64,000 bases of DNA from Verrucomicrobiota bacterium (lineage in GTDB: Bacteria > Verrucomicrobiota > Verrucomicrobiia > Limisphaerales > UBA8199), in contig JBEKRX010000027.1 of assembly GCA_049518415.1 (NCBI GenBank), positions 4,167-68,166 of the forward strand, read 5' to 3'. Positions 8,767 to 18,539 of this stretch are shown piece after piece (the stretch's first letter is position 1; every line of letters starts with the position of its first letter). The notes below the pieces were generated by a model. The model was not told the origin of the DNA. It searched no databases and saw only the letters and a list, made by a program, of their open reading frames with translations. Both the position numbers and the translations under genes were made by a program.

Positions 8767-8793
8767 CGCTAATCTGCGCTAATAAACGCTAAT
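8767..8793 (+). promoter_or_regulatory. Three phased CGCTAAT heptamers (10-bp period), left array
   Basis: CGCTAAT at 8767, 8777 and 8787, with non-conserved 3-nt spacers. Confidence 0.6.
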
Positions 8794-8897
8794 AAAGACG
8801 GGCTTGAGGCAGGGGTCTGGCACTTCCAGGCGTCGCGCCCTGCGGGACCACACGATGAGCGGAACCTTCCGGTCAGGACATCGATCACACCCCTCTT

Positions 8898-8924
8898 CCT
8901 AGCGTCCATTAGCGTCTATTAGCG
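8898..8924 (-). promoter_or_regulatory. Three phased CGCTAAT-like heptamers (10-bp period), right array in inverted orientation
   Basis: ATTAGCG at 8908 and 8918 plus a degenerate CCTAGCG at 8898, the mirror image of the left array. Confidence 0.6.
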
Positions 8925-9130
8925 GTTTCTCCTTCGAATCGTTACGGTTGCGCCGGCCCCGCGCTCCGTAATCTGTGGCTGCCAAATCATCTTCCGGTCC
9001 CAAATTCTTCCGTGAGCTTTCCCCTTCGCTTGCCGCCCGGCCGCGCGGAGCCGCCGGTGGGTGCAAAATGCCAGTTTCCCTTTGTCCCGGTTGTGCTACC
9101 ATGCGCCTCCGTTGCAACCAAGACCTGACT

Positions 9131-11392
9131 ATGGACGCGAGCCACACTTGGAAATTCTTTCGGGCTGGCGGCTTCGACCAGGTTCGGCTCGAAACCGGGG
9201 CCGATCTCATGGCGCTGGACCAGTTGGACCAGAAGCTCTGGGTCGCCCTGGCCTGCCCCACGACCGGCCTGGAATTCGATGCCAAGACCCTGGCCCTGAT
9301 TGATACCGACGGCGATGGGCGGATCCGCGCCCCCGAGATTATTGCCGCCGTCCAATGGGCGGGCAGATGTCTCAACCACACCGACGACCTGCTCGCAGGC
9401 TCGGCCGAACTGCCGCTGAGCGCCATCAACCAGGCGACGCCCGAAGGCAGGCGACTCCTGGCTTCGGCGCGCCAGATCCTCCTCAACCTCGGCAAGTCCG
9501 ACGCGGCGGTGATCACCGTCGAAGACACCATCGACACGGCCAAGATCTTCACCCAAACCCAATTCAACGGGGACGGCATTGTGCCGGCGGATTCGGCGGC
9601 GGATGAGGCCACCAAGGCGGTCATTCAAGACCTGATCGCCTGCTTGGGCGCCGAAACGGATCGCAGCGGCAAACCCGGCGTGAGCCAGGCCAAGGTCGAG
9701 CAGTTCTTTGCCGCCGCCCAGGCCTATTCCGACTGGTGGCACCAGGCGGAAACCGACCAGGCCATTCTCCCGCTCGACGGCTCGACCACTGTGGCGGCGG
9801 CCGCTTTTCAGGCGATCAAGTCCAAGGTGGACGACTATTTCGTCCGCTGCCGCCTGGCCGCCTTCGATCCGCGCGCGGTCAACGCCTTGAACCGCGAAGA
9901 AAAGGAGTACCTTGCTTTCACCGCCAAAGACCTCACGCTTAGTTCGGCCGAAATCGCCGCTTTGCCGCTGGCGCAGGTGGGGGTCGGCAAACCGCTCTCG
10001 CTCCGCGAGGGCCTCAACCCGGCGTGGGCAGGGGCGATGGCCACCTTTGCCGCTCAAGTAGTGGGGCCGATGTTCGACGGCAAGGCCGCGCTGAGCGAAT
10101 CGGATTGGGCTGCGATCAGCGCCCGGTTCACGGCCTACGAGGCCTGGGCCCAAGCCAAAGCCGGCGCCGCTGTGGAAAAGCTGGGCCTCAAGCGGGTGCG
10201 CGAGCTCCTGGCTGGCCAAGGCAGGCAGGCCATCAGCGCGCTGATTGCCAGGGACAAGGCCCTGGAGCCCGAGGCCAATGCCATCGCCGCCGTCGAACGG
10301 CTCACCCGCTATTACCGCGACCTTTACAAGCTGGTCAACAACTTCGTTTCTTTCCGCGATTTCTACAGCCGCAAAGACAAAGCGATTTTCCAGGCCGGCA
10401 CCCTCTATCTCGACCAACGAAGCTGCGACTTGTGCATCACCGTCACCGACGCCGCCAAACACGCCGTGATGGCCAGCCTCGCCGGCACTTACCTGGCCTA
10501 TTGCGACTGCGCGCGCAAAGGCACCGGCGAACAAATGCAAATCGTGGCGGCCTTTACCCACGGCGACTCCGACAACCTGATGGTCGGCCGCAACGGGATC
10601 TTCTACGACCGCAAAGGCCGGGATTGGGATGCGACCATTTCCAAGATCGTGGACAACCCGATCAGCATCCGGCAGGCCTTTTGGGCGCCCTACAAAAAGG
10701 TCGCCCGCCTCATCCAGGAGCAACTCGCCAAACACGCCGCCGACACCACCGGCGAGACGACCTTCACCAAGCTCACGGAAGCGGCCGCCAAAGTCAGCAG
10801 CGCGGTGGCCAAAGCCCAGGCCGCGCAGCCGGCGGCGCCCCAGAAAATTGACCCGGGCCTCATTGCGGCCTTGAGCGTGGGCGCCGCGGGCGTCGGCGGC
10901 ATGGTGGGCGGCATCGTCACCGGCTTCCTGGGCCTGAAATGGCTGATGCCCCTCGGCGTGCTCGGCCTCGTGCTCATCATCTCCGGCCCCTCGATGTTGC
11001 TGGCCTGGCTCAAGCTCCACAAACGCAATCTCGGCCCGATCCTGGATGCCAACGGTTGGGCCGTGAACGCCAAGGCGAAGATCAACGTGCCCTTTGGCGC
11101 CTCACTCACGCGCGTGGCCTCGCTCCCCACCGGCGCCCAGCGCGACCTGGTCGATCTGTTCGCCGAGAGACATCGCCCGTGGAAGCTCTACCTCACCCTG
11201 GCGGCCATGCTGTTCCTGGCGGTCGGTTGGTGGCACGGCTGGCTCGATGGTTCGCTGCCTGGCTTCGCCAAGAGCACCGCGGTCCTCGGCACCAATGCCC
11301 CGGCCTACACACCGCCCGCGCAACCAGCACCCACCCACCTGCCGGCCCCCACGAACGCGCCAAGGGCCATGCCGGCGCAAAAGAGCCAGTAG
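9131..11392 (+). CDS. Large hypothetical protein with a canonical EF-hand loop and C-terminal transmembrane segments
   Basis: Start chosen at MDASHTWKFF. DTDGDGRIRAPE fits the 12-residue EF-hand loop (D1, D3, D5, G6, I8, E12). The C-terminus has 3-4 hydrophobic helices (GAAGVGGMVGGIVTGFLGL, LGVLGLVLIISGP, LYLTLAAMLFLAVGWW). Confidence 0.7.
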   Translation: MDASHTWKFFRAGGFDQVRLETGADLMALDQLDQKLWVALACPTTGLEFDAKTLALIDTDGDGRIRAPEIIAAVQWAGRCLNHTDDLLAGSAELPLSAINQATPEGRRLLASARQILLNLGKSDAAVITVEDTIDTAKIFTQTQFNGDGIVPADSAADEATKAVIQDLIACLGAETDRSGKPGVSQAKVEQFFAAAQAYSDWWHQAETDQAILPLDGSTTVAAAAFQAIKSKVDDYFVRCRLAAFDPRAVNALNREEKEYLAFTAKDLTLSSAEIAALPLAQVGVGKPLSLREGLNPAWAGAMATFAAQVVGPMFDGKAALSESDWAAISARFTAYEAWAQAKAGAAVEKLGLKRVRELLAGQGRQAISALIARDKALEPEANAIAAVERLTRYYRDLYKLVNNFVSFRDFYSRKDKAIFQAGTLYLDQRSCDLCITVTDAAKHAVMASLAGTYLAYCDCARKGTGEQMQIVAAFTHGDSDNLMVGRNGIFYDRKGRDWDATISKIVDNPISIRQAFWAPYKKVARLIQEQLAKHAADTTGETTFTKLTEAAAKVSSAVAKAQAAQPAAPQKIDPGLIAALSVGAAGVGGMVGGIVTGFLGLKWLMPLGVLGLVLIISGPSMLLAWLKLHKRNLGPILDANGWAVNAKAKINVPFGASLTRVASLPTGAQRDLVDLFAERHRPWKLYLTLAAMLFLAVGWWHGWLDGSLPGFAKSTAVLGTNAPAYTPPAQPAPTHLPAPTNAPRAMPAQKSQ

Positions 11393-11396
11393 GGCA

Positions 11397-12047
11397 ATGC
11401 CTCGCGAATCCAAAGCTGGAAAGGCCGACCGGCTCAAAGAGATCATCGCCGGCCTGCAGGAGGCCTACCCGCACGCGCATTGCGAACTCAACTATGCGAA
11501 TCCGCTCGAACTGCTCATCGCAACGATTCTCTCCGCCCAATGCACTGACCAGCGCGTCAATCTCGTCACCGCACAGTTGTTCAAAAAGTACCGCTCGGCG
11601 GCCGACTATGCCCATGCCCCCCTGCCCGAGTTGGAACAGGCGATCCGAACCACCGGCTTCTTCCGCAACAAGGCCAGGAGCATCAAGCACGGCTGCCTGG
11701 CCCTGCTCCAAAAGCACGGCGGCCAGGTTCCCCGCACCCTGGAAGAACTGGTCTCGCTCGGCGGGGTCGGACGCAAGACCGCCAACGTGGTGCTGGGCAA
11801 TGCCTTCCACATCAACTGCGGGGTGGTCGTAGATACCCACGTGGCCCGGCTGGCGCGGCGCCTGGGTCTGACCCCGGAAAAGGCTCCCGCCAAAATCGAG
11901 CGGGACTTGATGCCCCTGTTGCCGCAAGCTCAATGGACCATGTTCAGTCACTGGCTCATCTGGCACGGACGCCGCCGCTGTCATGCGCGCAATCCCGACT
12001 GTCCCTGCTGCGAAATCAAATCCCTTTGTCCCCAGATTGGGATCTGA
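11397..12047 (+). CDS. nth: Endonuclease III
   Basis: HhH motif LVSLGGVGRKTANVVL and 4Fe-4S cluster motif C-x6-C-x2-C-x5-C (CHARNPDCPCCEIKSLC). Start at MPRESKAG. Confidence 0.9.
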   Translation: MPRESKAGKADRLKEIIAGLQEAYPHAHCELNYANPLELLIATILSAQCTDQRVNLVTAQLFKKYRSAADYAHAPLPELEQAIRTTGFFRNKARSIKHGCLALLQKHGGQVPRTLEELVSLGGVGRKTANVVLGNAFHINCGVVVDTHVARLARRLGLTPEKAPAKIERDLMPLLPQAQWTMFSHWLIWHGRRRCHARNPDCPCCEIKSLCPQIGI

Positions 12048-12062
12048 AAGGAGCGGGCGCCT

Positions 12063-12761
12063 TTGGCATACGCAACGCACAGCACGGCCTATCTGCTTGA
12101 CTCGGGCCCGGGCGACTCGGCCTTCAACATGGCCCTGGACGAGGCCTTGCTCGAGGCGGCCCCGCGCCTGGGCCAACCGCTCTTGCGCTTTTACAGTTGG
12201 ACCGAGCGCGCGGCATCCTTCGGTTATTTCCAGAAATACGCGCAGGTGGAGCGCCTGACCCGGTTGCGCCCGCTGGTTCGCCGGCCCACGGCCGGGGGCC
12301 TCGTCCCGCACGACGCCGACTGGACTTACAGCCTGCTTTTCCCCGCGGGCAATCCTTGGTATGCGCTCCGGGCCGCCGAGAGCTACCGGCGCGTCCATAT
12401 CTGGATTCAAGCCGCTTTCTCCAGGCTCGGCGTGGCCGCCGATTTGGCCCCCTGCGGCCGCAAATCCCAGGGCGGCCAATGCTTCATCGGCTACGAGCAA
12501 TCGGACCTGCTCTGGCGCGGAGTCAAGATCGCGGGCGCCGCCCAGCGCCGCACGCGCCAGGGGCTGCTCATCCAGGGGTCGGTGCAGCCGCCCCCGGTGG
12601 GATTGGCCAGGGCCGAATGGCAGGGAGCGATGCGCGGCGCAGCGCCTTTCCAGCAGGCGGTCCAATGGCTGCAATTCTGTCCGGACACACCCCTCCAGCA
12701 ACGGGCGCTTGAACTCGCCGCCGGGAAATACGCGCTGGCCAGTTACAACCGGAAACGCTGA
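12063..12761 (+). CDS. Lipoate-protein ligase / octanoyltransferase-family protein (BPL/LplA/LipB domain)
   Basis: [23 protein letters not shown] and [10 protein letters not shown] (conserved Lys) match the LplA-family catalytic domain. The ORF begins with TTG, so the start is uncertain. Confidence 0.65.
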   Translation: MAYATHSTAYLLDSGPGDSAFNMALDEALLEAAPRLGQPLLRFYSWTERAASFGYFQKYAQVERLTRLRPLVRRPTAGGLVPHDADWTYSLLFPAGNPWYALRAAESYRRVHIWIQAAFSRLGVAADLAPCGRKSQGGQCFIGYEQSDLLWRGVKIAGAAQRRTRQGLLIQGSVQPPPVGLARAEWQGAMRGAAPFQQAVQWLQFCPDTPLQQRALELAAGKYALASYNRKR

Positions 12762-12900
12762 TTGAATTGCTGGTCGTCATTGCGATCATCGCCATCCTTG
12801 CGGCGATGCTCCTGCCCGCACTGGCCAAGGCCAAGGAGAATGCCCGGCGCATCCAGTGCTTGAATAACCTGAAGCAGTTCACCTTAGCGCTGCACGTTTA
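12762..12900 (+). pseudogene. 5'-truncated fragment of a prepilin-type (H-X9-DG family) gene
   Basis: Encodes (L)[48 protein letters not shown]. There is no Met or leader, it begins at the stop of the preceding gene, and it loses similarity after ~45 aa. Confidence 0.6.
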
Positions 12901-12953
12901 TGCCACGGCAAGTTGTGAATCGCCGCGTTGGGCCCCAGCACGGTCGGTGCGGC

Positions 12954-14156
12954 TCACTTGGGCAGCGAATCGGAACAAGGAACGGGCGACACGGGTGCGG
13001 GGCTGGTTTGGGCAGCCCGCCGGGACGGCGCCAATGTGCCCTCGGGCAGGCTGGCGCGGGCCGGAGCGGCCCGCCGCTCCCAGAGTCTCTTTCCGAGCCT
13101 GCTGCCCTCCCGCTCGATTAACCGGTAAGACAGCCACGACAGCCCGGCAATCGCCCCGGCGGTCGCGACGCCGGCGATGAGGCTGGGGGCAAAACGTCCA
13201 AACCACCCGGAGAGCATTGATAACAGGGGCTGGTGCCACAAATAGACCGAGTAACTGATCAGCCCGGTAAACGCCAGAAAGCTAAGCCCGAGGTTGCGAC
13301 TGGACCGCATGGAGACCATCAAATCCAGGACCACCGCCGAAACGGCAGCCGCCAGAGAAAAGCTAAACACCGTCAAAGGCTTGAACACGGTGCTGAAAAC
13401 GAAGGCGGGCGCCAGGACCGCCAGCCAGACGGCGTGCTTGGTGAAGGCCCTTCGCTGCTGAGCCGTGCGCTCCGCGATATAAGCCCCCAGGGTCCAGTCA
13501 AACCAGGTCATGATGGGCGAATTGAAGGCAGGGGCGCCGACGCGTTCCGGCAGTCCGCAGAGAGCCACCGCCATCAGGCGCCACAACATGCTGGCCACGA
13601 AAGTAATCGCCAGGCAGCCTCCCATCCCCCAACGCCGGCGGAGCAGCAACACCACCGGGAACAAAAGATAAAGCTGGACCTCGGCGGCGATGCTCCAGAA
13701 AGCGGGATTGATTCCGAAAAAGGAAGCGTGGTGAAAATTATGGACCAGCAGCACGTGCGCCAGCAATTGCTTGACGCCCCCGGAGGTGGTCAAGTCCAGC
13801 CGTTCCAAGCAGCAAAAGGCAACCAGCGCGACCAGGTAGGCGGGATAAATCCGCCAAAACCGGTGCCAGAAGAACTGGGCGTTGGTGAAGCGCGGGGAGC
13901 GCAGGCAAGACGTATGGATGCAAAATCCGCTGAGCACGAAAAACAGGGCCACCCCCGCCCACCCGAAGGAAGCGGGATAAAACACCAGGAAATGCTCGCT
14001 CGGGGGGGCGTGAAAGTCTTGCCAATTGCCGTTCCAGGGGAGGCAGAACCCGTACAAGCGCCCAAAGGTATGGTAGAGCACCACCGACAGGATGGCCACC
14101 CCGCGAAGGATGTCGGCCCCGAAAAAGCACTTCGGATCATGTATCGAACTGCGCAT
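12954..14156 (-). CDS. Acyltransferase family 3 membrane protein (O-acyltransferase)
   Basis: Multi-TM protein with [16 protein letters not shown] near the N-terminus, typical of acyltransferase_3. Confidence 0.8.
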   Translation of the reverse strand: MRSSIHDPKCFFGADILRGVAILSVVLYHTFGRLYGFCLPWNGNWQDFHAPPSEHFLVFYPASFGWAGVALFFVLSGFCIHTSCLRSPRFTNAQFFWHRFWRIYPAYLVALVAFCCLERLDLTTSGGVKQLLAHVLLVHNFHHASFFGINPAFWSIAAEVQLYLLFPVVLLLRRRWGMGGCLAITFVASMLWRLMAVALCGLPERVGAPAFNSPIMTWFDWTLGAYIAERTAQQRRAFTKHAVWLAVLAPAFVFSTVFKPLTVFSFSLAAAVSAVVLDLMVSMRSSRNLGLSFLAFTGLISYSVYLWHQPLLSMLSGWFGRFAPSLIAGVATAGAIAGLSWLSYRLIEREGSRLGKRLWERRAAPARASLPEGTLAPSRRAAQTSPAPVSPVPCSDSLPK

Positions 14157-14244
14157 AGGCGGAGCGGTCGTCTGACGCGCCGCAGTCTAGCCTGCCGGCC
14201 TGGACTGTGGCAACCCGGAAACGAGCTTCCGGGCAAATCCCCAA

Positions 14245-15798
14245 TCACACCTTCCGGGGTGGCGCCTCAGGCCTGGCGGCCAGCCAGTCTTGTCGCGCGC
14301 GTCGAAACCGGCGGAATATCGCCAGCAAATCCCCTCGGAAAAGTCCCGTAAAGCAGGCGGTCGCCCCCACGGCTGCCGCACCTTCAGCCAGCAGCAAGCG
14401 TTCCGAGGTCGCGGTTTGGCGAAAGGCAAAGAATTCCCCCGCCAACAGTGCCGAAAAGATGAACAAAACCATTCCGTGGTCTCGAACGAGCCGCCCCAGG
14501 CTGAGGTTGAGCAGCTTCGGCGCTTTGAGCGTGCAGTACCAAAAACCGAGGCTGACCAGATTATAAAGGACCGTGAAGGCAATGTAACCGTTCAAGCCGT
14601 GCCACTGGGCGCCCGCAATGCCGGCAATCAGTCCCAAAACCGTGTCCGCCGAGGCCACCGCCGCCAACCCCTTCATGCGCTTGGCCAGCACAAAAGCGCA
14701 GGCCAGACAATGGCTCCAGACCTGAAGGACCACAAAAAGGGCAAAGAACAAATCGAAGGTCTTGCCGGCGTAAAGTTCCTGTTTGCCGAAGCTGAACACA
14801 AACCACCGGTTCAGGGCGAAACAACACGTCATCGCCAGCGCCGCCAGGCCCATGGTGAGCCGGAACAGCCGGCGAAACTCCTCGGTGAGCGGTGCGGTCT
14901 CTTGCTTGGCCCAGAGAATCTGCCAACGCGGCAGGAAGGCGTCAAAAGGCCGCCAGATACATTGCATCAGCAGCATGGGCACCCGGCTGCACATCGTGAA
15001 ACTGGCCACCGCTCCCAGCCCCACAATCTTGGTGATCACTGGCGCCTGGCTCACTAGGGCGACCTGGACGGCGATGCCGATGACGAACACCGCCAGACTG
15101 AAGCCGAACAACTCGCGCGTGTGATGCCACGGGATGTCGCGGAACGAAACCCGAAAACGATTCGGTCCCCGCGACACGGCCAGCAACGTCAATCCTGAAC
15201 TGACCAACATCTGCACGGCGGCGGAGAAACCGTAGGCCAGGGTGCTCCAACCCAGTCTGAGGAAGAGGTAAAACGTCAATAATCCAAACCAACTGCCGGT
15301 CACCGCGCCGACGGACACCCAATAACTCCGGTTTTGTGCCCCCAGGATTCCGGGAAACAGCCGCAACGGAAACATCAGCGCGTTCAAAAACAGCAGCATC
15401 AGCCAAAGCCGCCGGGCTTCCACCAGCAACGGCGCCGGAATATTGAACCACTGAAGGATGGGGTCGGTCAGGAGCACGCCCGCCCCCAGAATCAGCCCCG
15501 CCTGAATCAAGAGCACGGCCAAAAAGAGGTTGAACCAGCCGTTCCAAGTCCGCTCGTCGCCCTTGTGAATCGGATCGGTCAGCAGCCGACCCAGGGAATT
15601 GGTCACCCCAAAGTCCAGCAAAAGCACGTAGCCCAGCGATTGGGAAATGAACGACCAAAGACCAAAACGCTCGTTGTCCAGGAAAGTGAGGGCGATGGGG
15701 ATGGCCACCAATTGTGTCAACACCAGGCTCCCCATCTGAACGTAGGAAGCCGCCCCGGTTAGAATGGTGTTGCGCAGTCGCATCAAAGCATCCGGCAT
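14245..15798 (-). CDS. Oligosaccharide/polysaccharide flippase (Wzx-like, MOP superfamily)
   Basis: 517 aa with about 12-14 TM helices. The N-terminus is of the polysaccharide-biosynthesis-protein type. It lies next to GT2 and acyltransferase genes. Confidence 0.7.
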   Translation of the reverse strand: MPDALMRLRNTILTGAASYVQMGSLVLTQLVAIPIALTFLDNERFGLWSFISQSLGYVLLLDFGVTNSLGRLLTDPIHKGDERTWNGWFNLFLAVLLIQAGLILGAGVLLTDPILQWFNIPAPLLVEARRLWLMLLFLNALMFPLRLFPGILGAQNRSYWVSVGAVTGSWFGLLTFYLFLRLGWSTLAYGFSAAVQMLVSSGLTLLAVSRGPNRFRVSFRDIPWHHTRELFGFSLAVFVIGIAVQVALVSQAPVITKIVGLGAVASFTMCSRVPMLLMQCIWRPFDAFLPRWQILWAKQETAPLTEEFRRLFRLTMGLAALAMTCCFALNRWFVFSFGKQELYAGKTFDLFFALFVVLQVWSHCLACAFVLAKRMKGLAAVASADTVLGLIAGIAGAQWHGLNGYIAFTVLYNLVSLGFWYCTLKAPKLLNLSLGRLVRDHGMVLFIFSALLAGEFFAFRQTATSERLLLAEGAAAVGATACFTGLFRGDLLAIFRRFRRARQDWLAARPEAPPRKV

Positions 15799-16021
15799 GG
15801 CCCGGCCTCAGTCAGACAAAACCTCGTAACGCTGCGTTCAATAGGCGCAATGTTGCCGGCAGCCAAAAAGACCCTGCTTGAAACCGTCCAAGCCCCCACC
15901 CGACAGTTTCAGCGCCGGCAGCCCAGGACGGGGATTTCTTGCCAGCCAAGAGCACACCCACGCTTAAGAAATCGGCTGCTTGACGCGGCGGAGCAATAAT
16001 CCTGAGAAACCGCCAACCTCG

Positions 16022-16990
16022 TCATCGTGCCGGAAGACTTTTCCCCGCCCCCCAACCCGTCCGCTTGCGGAGGCCGTTGATCAAGTACGGCCCCAAATCA
16101 CTGGTTAGGTCGGCCGGTGTATAGACCTGGCGGTAAAGACGCCAGGCGCGCTTGGCATTGCCCCATTTGCCGCGACGCAATTGCTGGAACAACAGGCCGG
16201 AAACCGGACGAATCACCGCGGCGGCCATCGTTTGGGTGTCAAACCCCAAGGCCCGCCATTTTTCTCGTTCCTCACTCAGCAAGTCGGCCCGCAATTCCGC
16301 GGCCTCCATCGCCCAAGTGAAGCTGGCGCTTTGCAGGCGCGAGGCATTCTGAGAGTGTCTCCGATACCTCAGGGTGGCTAAAGGATCGTAGAGAATCGGC
16401 CCGCCCGCGTAGAGGGCGAGCTTCATCAAAAAATGCCAGTCCATTAAAAGCGAGTAGCGGGTGTCGAACCCAAGGCCTGCCTCCTTGGCTCGCCGCAAGC
16501 GCAAAAGGGCCGAATGTCCGTTGATCGGATTGCCAGGAAATACCCTGGCCAGGAAAGCAGCGACCGGTTCTTCCCGGGGAACGTCCTGGGTGTAGGTCCA
16601 GGTCTTGGCCCCCGTCCCGTCGATGATTTGGACCGCTCCATGAACAAACGTGGTGTTGGGGAAATCGTGAAGCAAAGCAGACTTCTTTTCCAGGTGAGTC
16701 GGCTCAAATACGTCGTCCGCCCCCAACACGCACCCCAGTTCGCCCCGCGAACGCTCAAAAAGAAATTGCCAATTCCCGGCGGCACTGGTGGTCCTTTCCT
16801 GGCAATAGAGCCGGATGCGGGGGTCGTGGTAGCTCCTGATCACTTCCAAAGTCTTGTCCCGCGAGGCATTCTCGGAGATGACTAACTCCCAATCAGTGAA
16901 GGTCTGCGCCAGGACACTCTCAATCGCCTGGCCAACGTAGCGTTCGGCCTGGTAGGCCGGAAGCAGGACAGAAATCTGCGGTGAACTCAT
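16022..16990 (-). CDS. Glycosyltransferase family 2
   Basis: ISVLLPAYQAERYVGQAIESVLAQTFTDWELVISENASRDKT and GADDVF (DxD-like) motifs are present. Confidence 0.85.
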   Translation of the reverse strand: MSSPQISVLLPAYQAERYVGQAIESVLAQTFTDWELVISENASRDKTLEVIRSYHDPRIRLYCQERTTSAAGNWQFLFERSRGELGCVLGADDVFEPTHLEKKSALLHDFPNTTFVHGAVQIIDGTGAKTWTYTQDVPREEPVAAFLARVFPGNPINGHSALLRLRRAKEAGLGFDTRYSLLMDWHFLMKLALYAGGPILYDPLATLRYRRHSQNASRLQSASFTWAMEAAELRADLLSEEREKWRALGFDTQTMAAAVIRPVSGLLFQQLRRGKWGNAKRAWRLYRQVYTPADLTSDLGPYLINGLRKRTGWGAGKSLPAR

Positions 16991-17005
16991 GGGAAATCGG
17001 TCCTC

Positions 17006-17218
17006 TCACGCGGCGCGGGCAAGGAAGCGCTGCCGGCCGGCCGGTCCCGTTTCGCGGAGCGCCCCGGCAGAACCCGCTGCCACTATCCGCTTCAGCGCCG
17101 TCCCCGTCATCGTCATCCAAAAAACCGGCGCAAAATCGATTCCGAGAACGGCGACAAGGGCGAGGAGGATGCAACACCGCTGGCCTTTCGGACACGTTCT
17201 CACCATCATCACGGCCAT
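17006..17218 (-). CDS. Possible small single-TM protein (70 aa)
   Basis: MAVMMVRT...CCILLALVAVLGIDFAPVFW. Third-position GC is high as in real genes, and the ORF ends 15 nt before the GT2 start. I recognise no homologous family. Confidence 0.25.
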   Translation of the reverse strand: MAVMMVRTCPKGQRCCILLALVAVLGIDFAPVFWMTMTGTALKRIVAAGSAGALRETGPAGRQRFLARAA

Positions 17219-17314
17219 TATGCGGCCCCGTAGCCGGGCGTCAAATCCCAAATGGCGCCCATCACCTGGGCGGTTGGGTCATCCGCGCCAGGGCCTCCCT
17301 GAGTTCAAGGACAC

Positions 17315-18418
17315 TCACTGTTCCGCATCGGCCACGTTGCCGGTGTTGCGCGGATTGCCGCGGAATTTCGGCCAGGGGCTGTGGGCGAGGGGCAGATTGG
17401 AGTCAATCGCGGAGAACAAGAACGCGCGTTCGGCCACGTAGGAAACGCCGGCGGGGTCGACGGCCTGGCAGGCATAACCAGCGCCATAACAGTAGTAACC
17501 GCAGACGGGCTCATGCTGCTCGTCCAGGGTGAGCAGCGACCCGCTGCGGGAAATGAAACTGACCGCGCGGTTGGCCAGAGCCACGGGCGAGGCCTCAATC
17601 GGCTCTTCATTCCAGCGCGGCCATTTCTGCCGGCCGTCGGGATTGACGGCCCATAATTCGTGGTTGACGCCGACATAGATGGTGCCGTCCTGGGCGATGA
17701 CCGGGGAAGATTCGGTGATGCCGCCCGTGCGCAGGCGCCAGCGCAAGGAGCCATCCAGGTTCAGGGCATAGAGGCAGCCATCGACCGACGTAAAATAGAG
17801 GCACTGGTCCAGGTTGAGCGCGGGCGAGGAAACGATCGGACCACGCGTGGCATATTCCCATCTCTTCTTTCCGTCCGCGCCAAGGGCGTAAAATCGCCCG
17901 TCGTGAGACCCGAAATAAATGGCGCCGTCCAGGCCAATGGCCGGCGAAGAAACGATCTCGCCCGCGGTGGCGAATTGCCACCGCTGGGAACCATCCGCGT
18001 TCAGGGCGTAGAACTTCTTGTCCCACCCGCCGAAGCAAATGGCCCCGTCCCGGGCCAGCGCGGGCGAGGAATCGACCCAGCCCCCGGTCCGGAACTTCCA
18101 CTTGAGTTTGCCGTTGGCCCCCACGGCGTAAAAATAGCGGTCGCGCGAGCCGACATACACGGTGCCGTCCAATCCCACGGCGGGGGAGGACTTGATTTCG
18201 CGGTCGGTGCGGAAGACCCACCGGACGGTCCCGTTAGTCTCGACCGCCCAGAGCCTGCCATCGCGCACACCGAAATAGAGCGTGCCGTCGCTGCCCAGGG
18301 CAGGGCAAGAATCACTGCGAGCGAAAATAGTCATCGTCCACAGGTTCGTCAGCGCACGGGAGCCGCCCCAAGCGGGAACCGCCAGCAGGGCAAGGCCCAG
18401 ACAAATAGGCTTCCACAT
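17315..18418 (-). CDS. PQQ-like beta-propeller repeat protein (BamB-like), secreted
   Basis: Start at MWKPICLGLALLAVPAWG (signal peptide). About 7 repeats of the pattern SSPA.G.DGT.Y.GS.D..FYA....G..KW are present. Confidence 0.8.
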   Translation of the reverse strand: MWKPICLGLALLAVPAWGGSRALTNLWTMTIFARSDSCPALGSDGTLYFGVRDGRLWAVETNGTVRWVFRTDREIKSSPAVGLDGTVYVGSRDRYFYAVGANGKLKWKFRTGGWVDSSPALARDGAICFGGWDKKFYALNADGSQRWQFATAGEIVSSPAIGLDGAIYFGSHDGRFYALGADGKKRWEYATRGPIVSSPALNLDQCLYFTSVDGCLYALNLDGSLRWRLRTGGITESSPVIAQDGTIYVGVNHELWAVNPDGRQKWPRWNEEPIEASPVALANRAVSFISRSGSLLTLDEQHEPVCGYYCYGAGYACQAVDPAGVSYVAERAFLFSAIDSNLPLAHSPWPKFRGNPRNTGNVADAEQ

Positions 18419-18539
18419 AACTGCCTTCAATGCCCGCCCAGGGTAGCCAAAGCCCGACCGCCCGCCAAGGCCGACGCAGCTAAATTCGAGGGCAACGAGG
18501 CCAAAGCCGCGCCGTGTTAAGGAGTGCGCCGGCCAGGCC

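Noticed and set aside
8987-11020. 677-aa minus-strand ORF antisense to the EF-hand protein gene. Similar long shadow ORFs lie at 2918-4492(-), 7523-8722(-), 18546-20027(+), 20303-21610(+), 22985-24802(+), 26323-28320(+), 33192-34559(+), 38196-39506(-), 53103-54974(+), 55815-57212(-) and 57783-59159(-).
   Set aside because: These are typical high-GC antisense or off-frame open frames. Their composition is G/A/R/P/H/Q-rich with no recognisable motifs. In each case the opposite strand or frame carries clear family signatures (radical SAM, P-type ATPase, SPFH, ABC, propeller and others).
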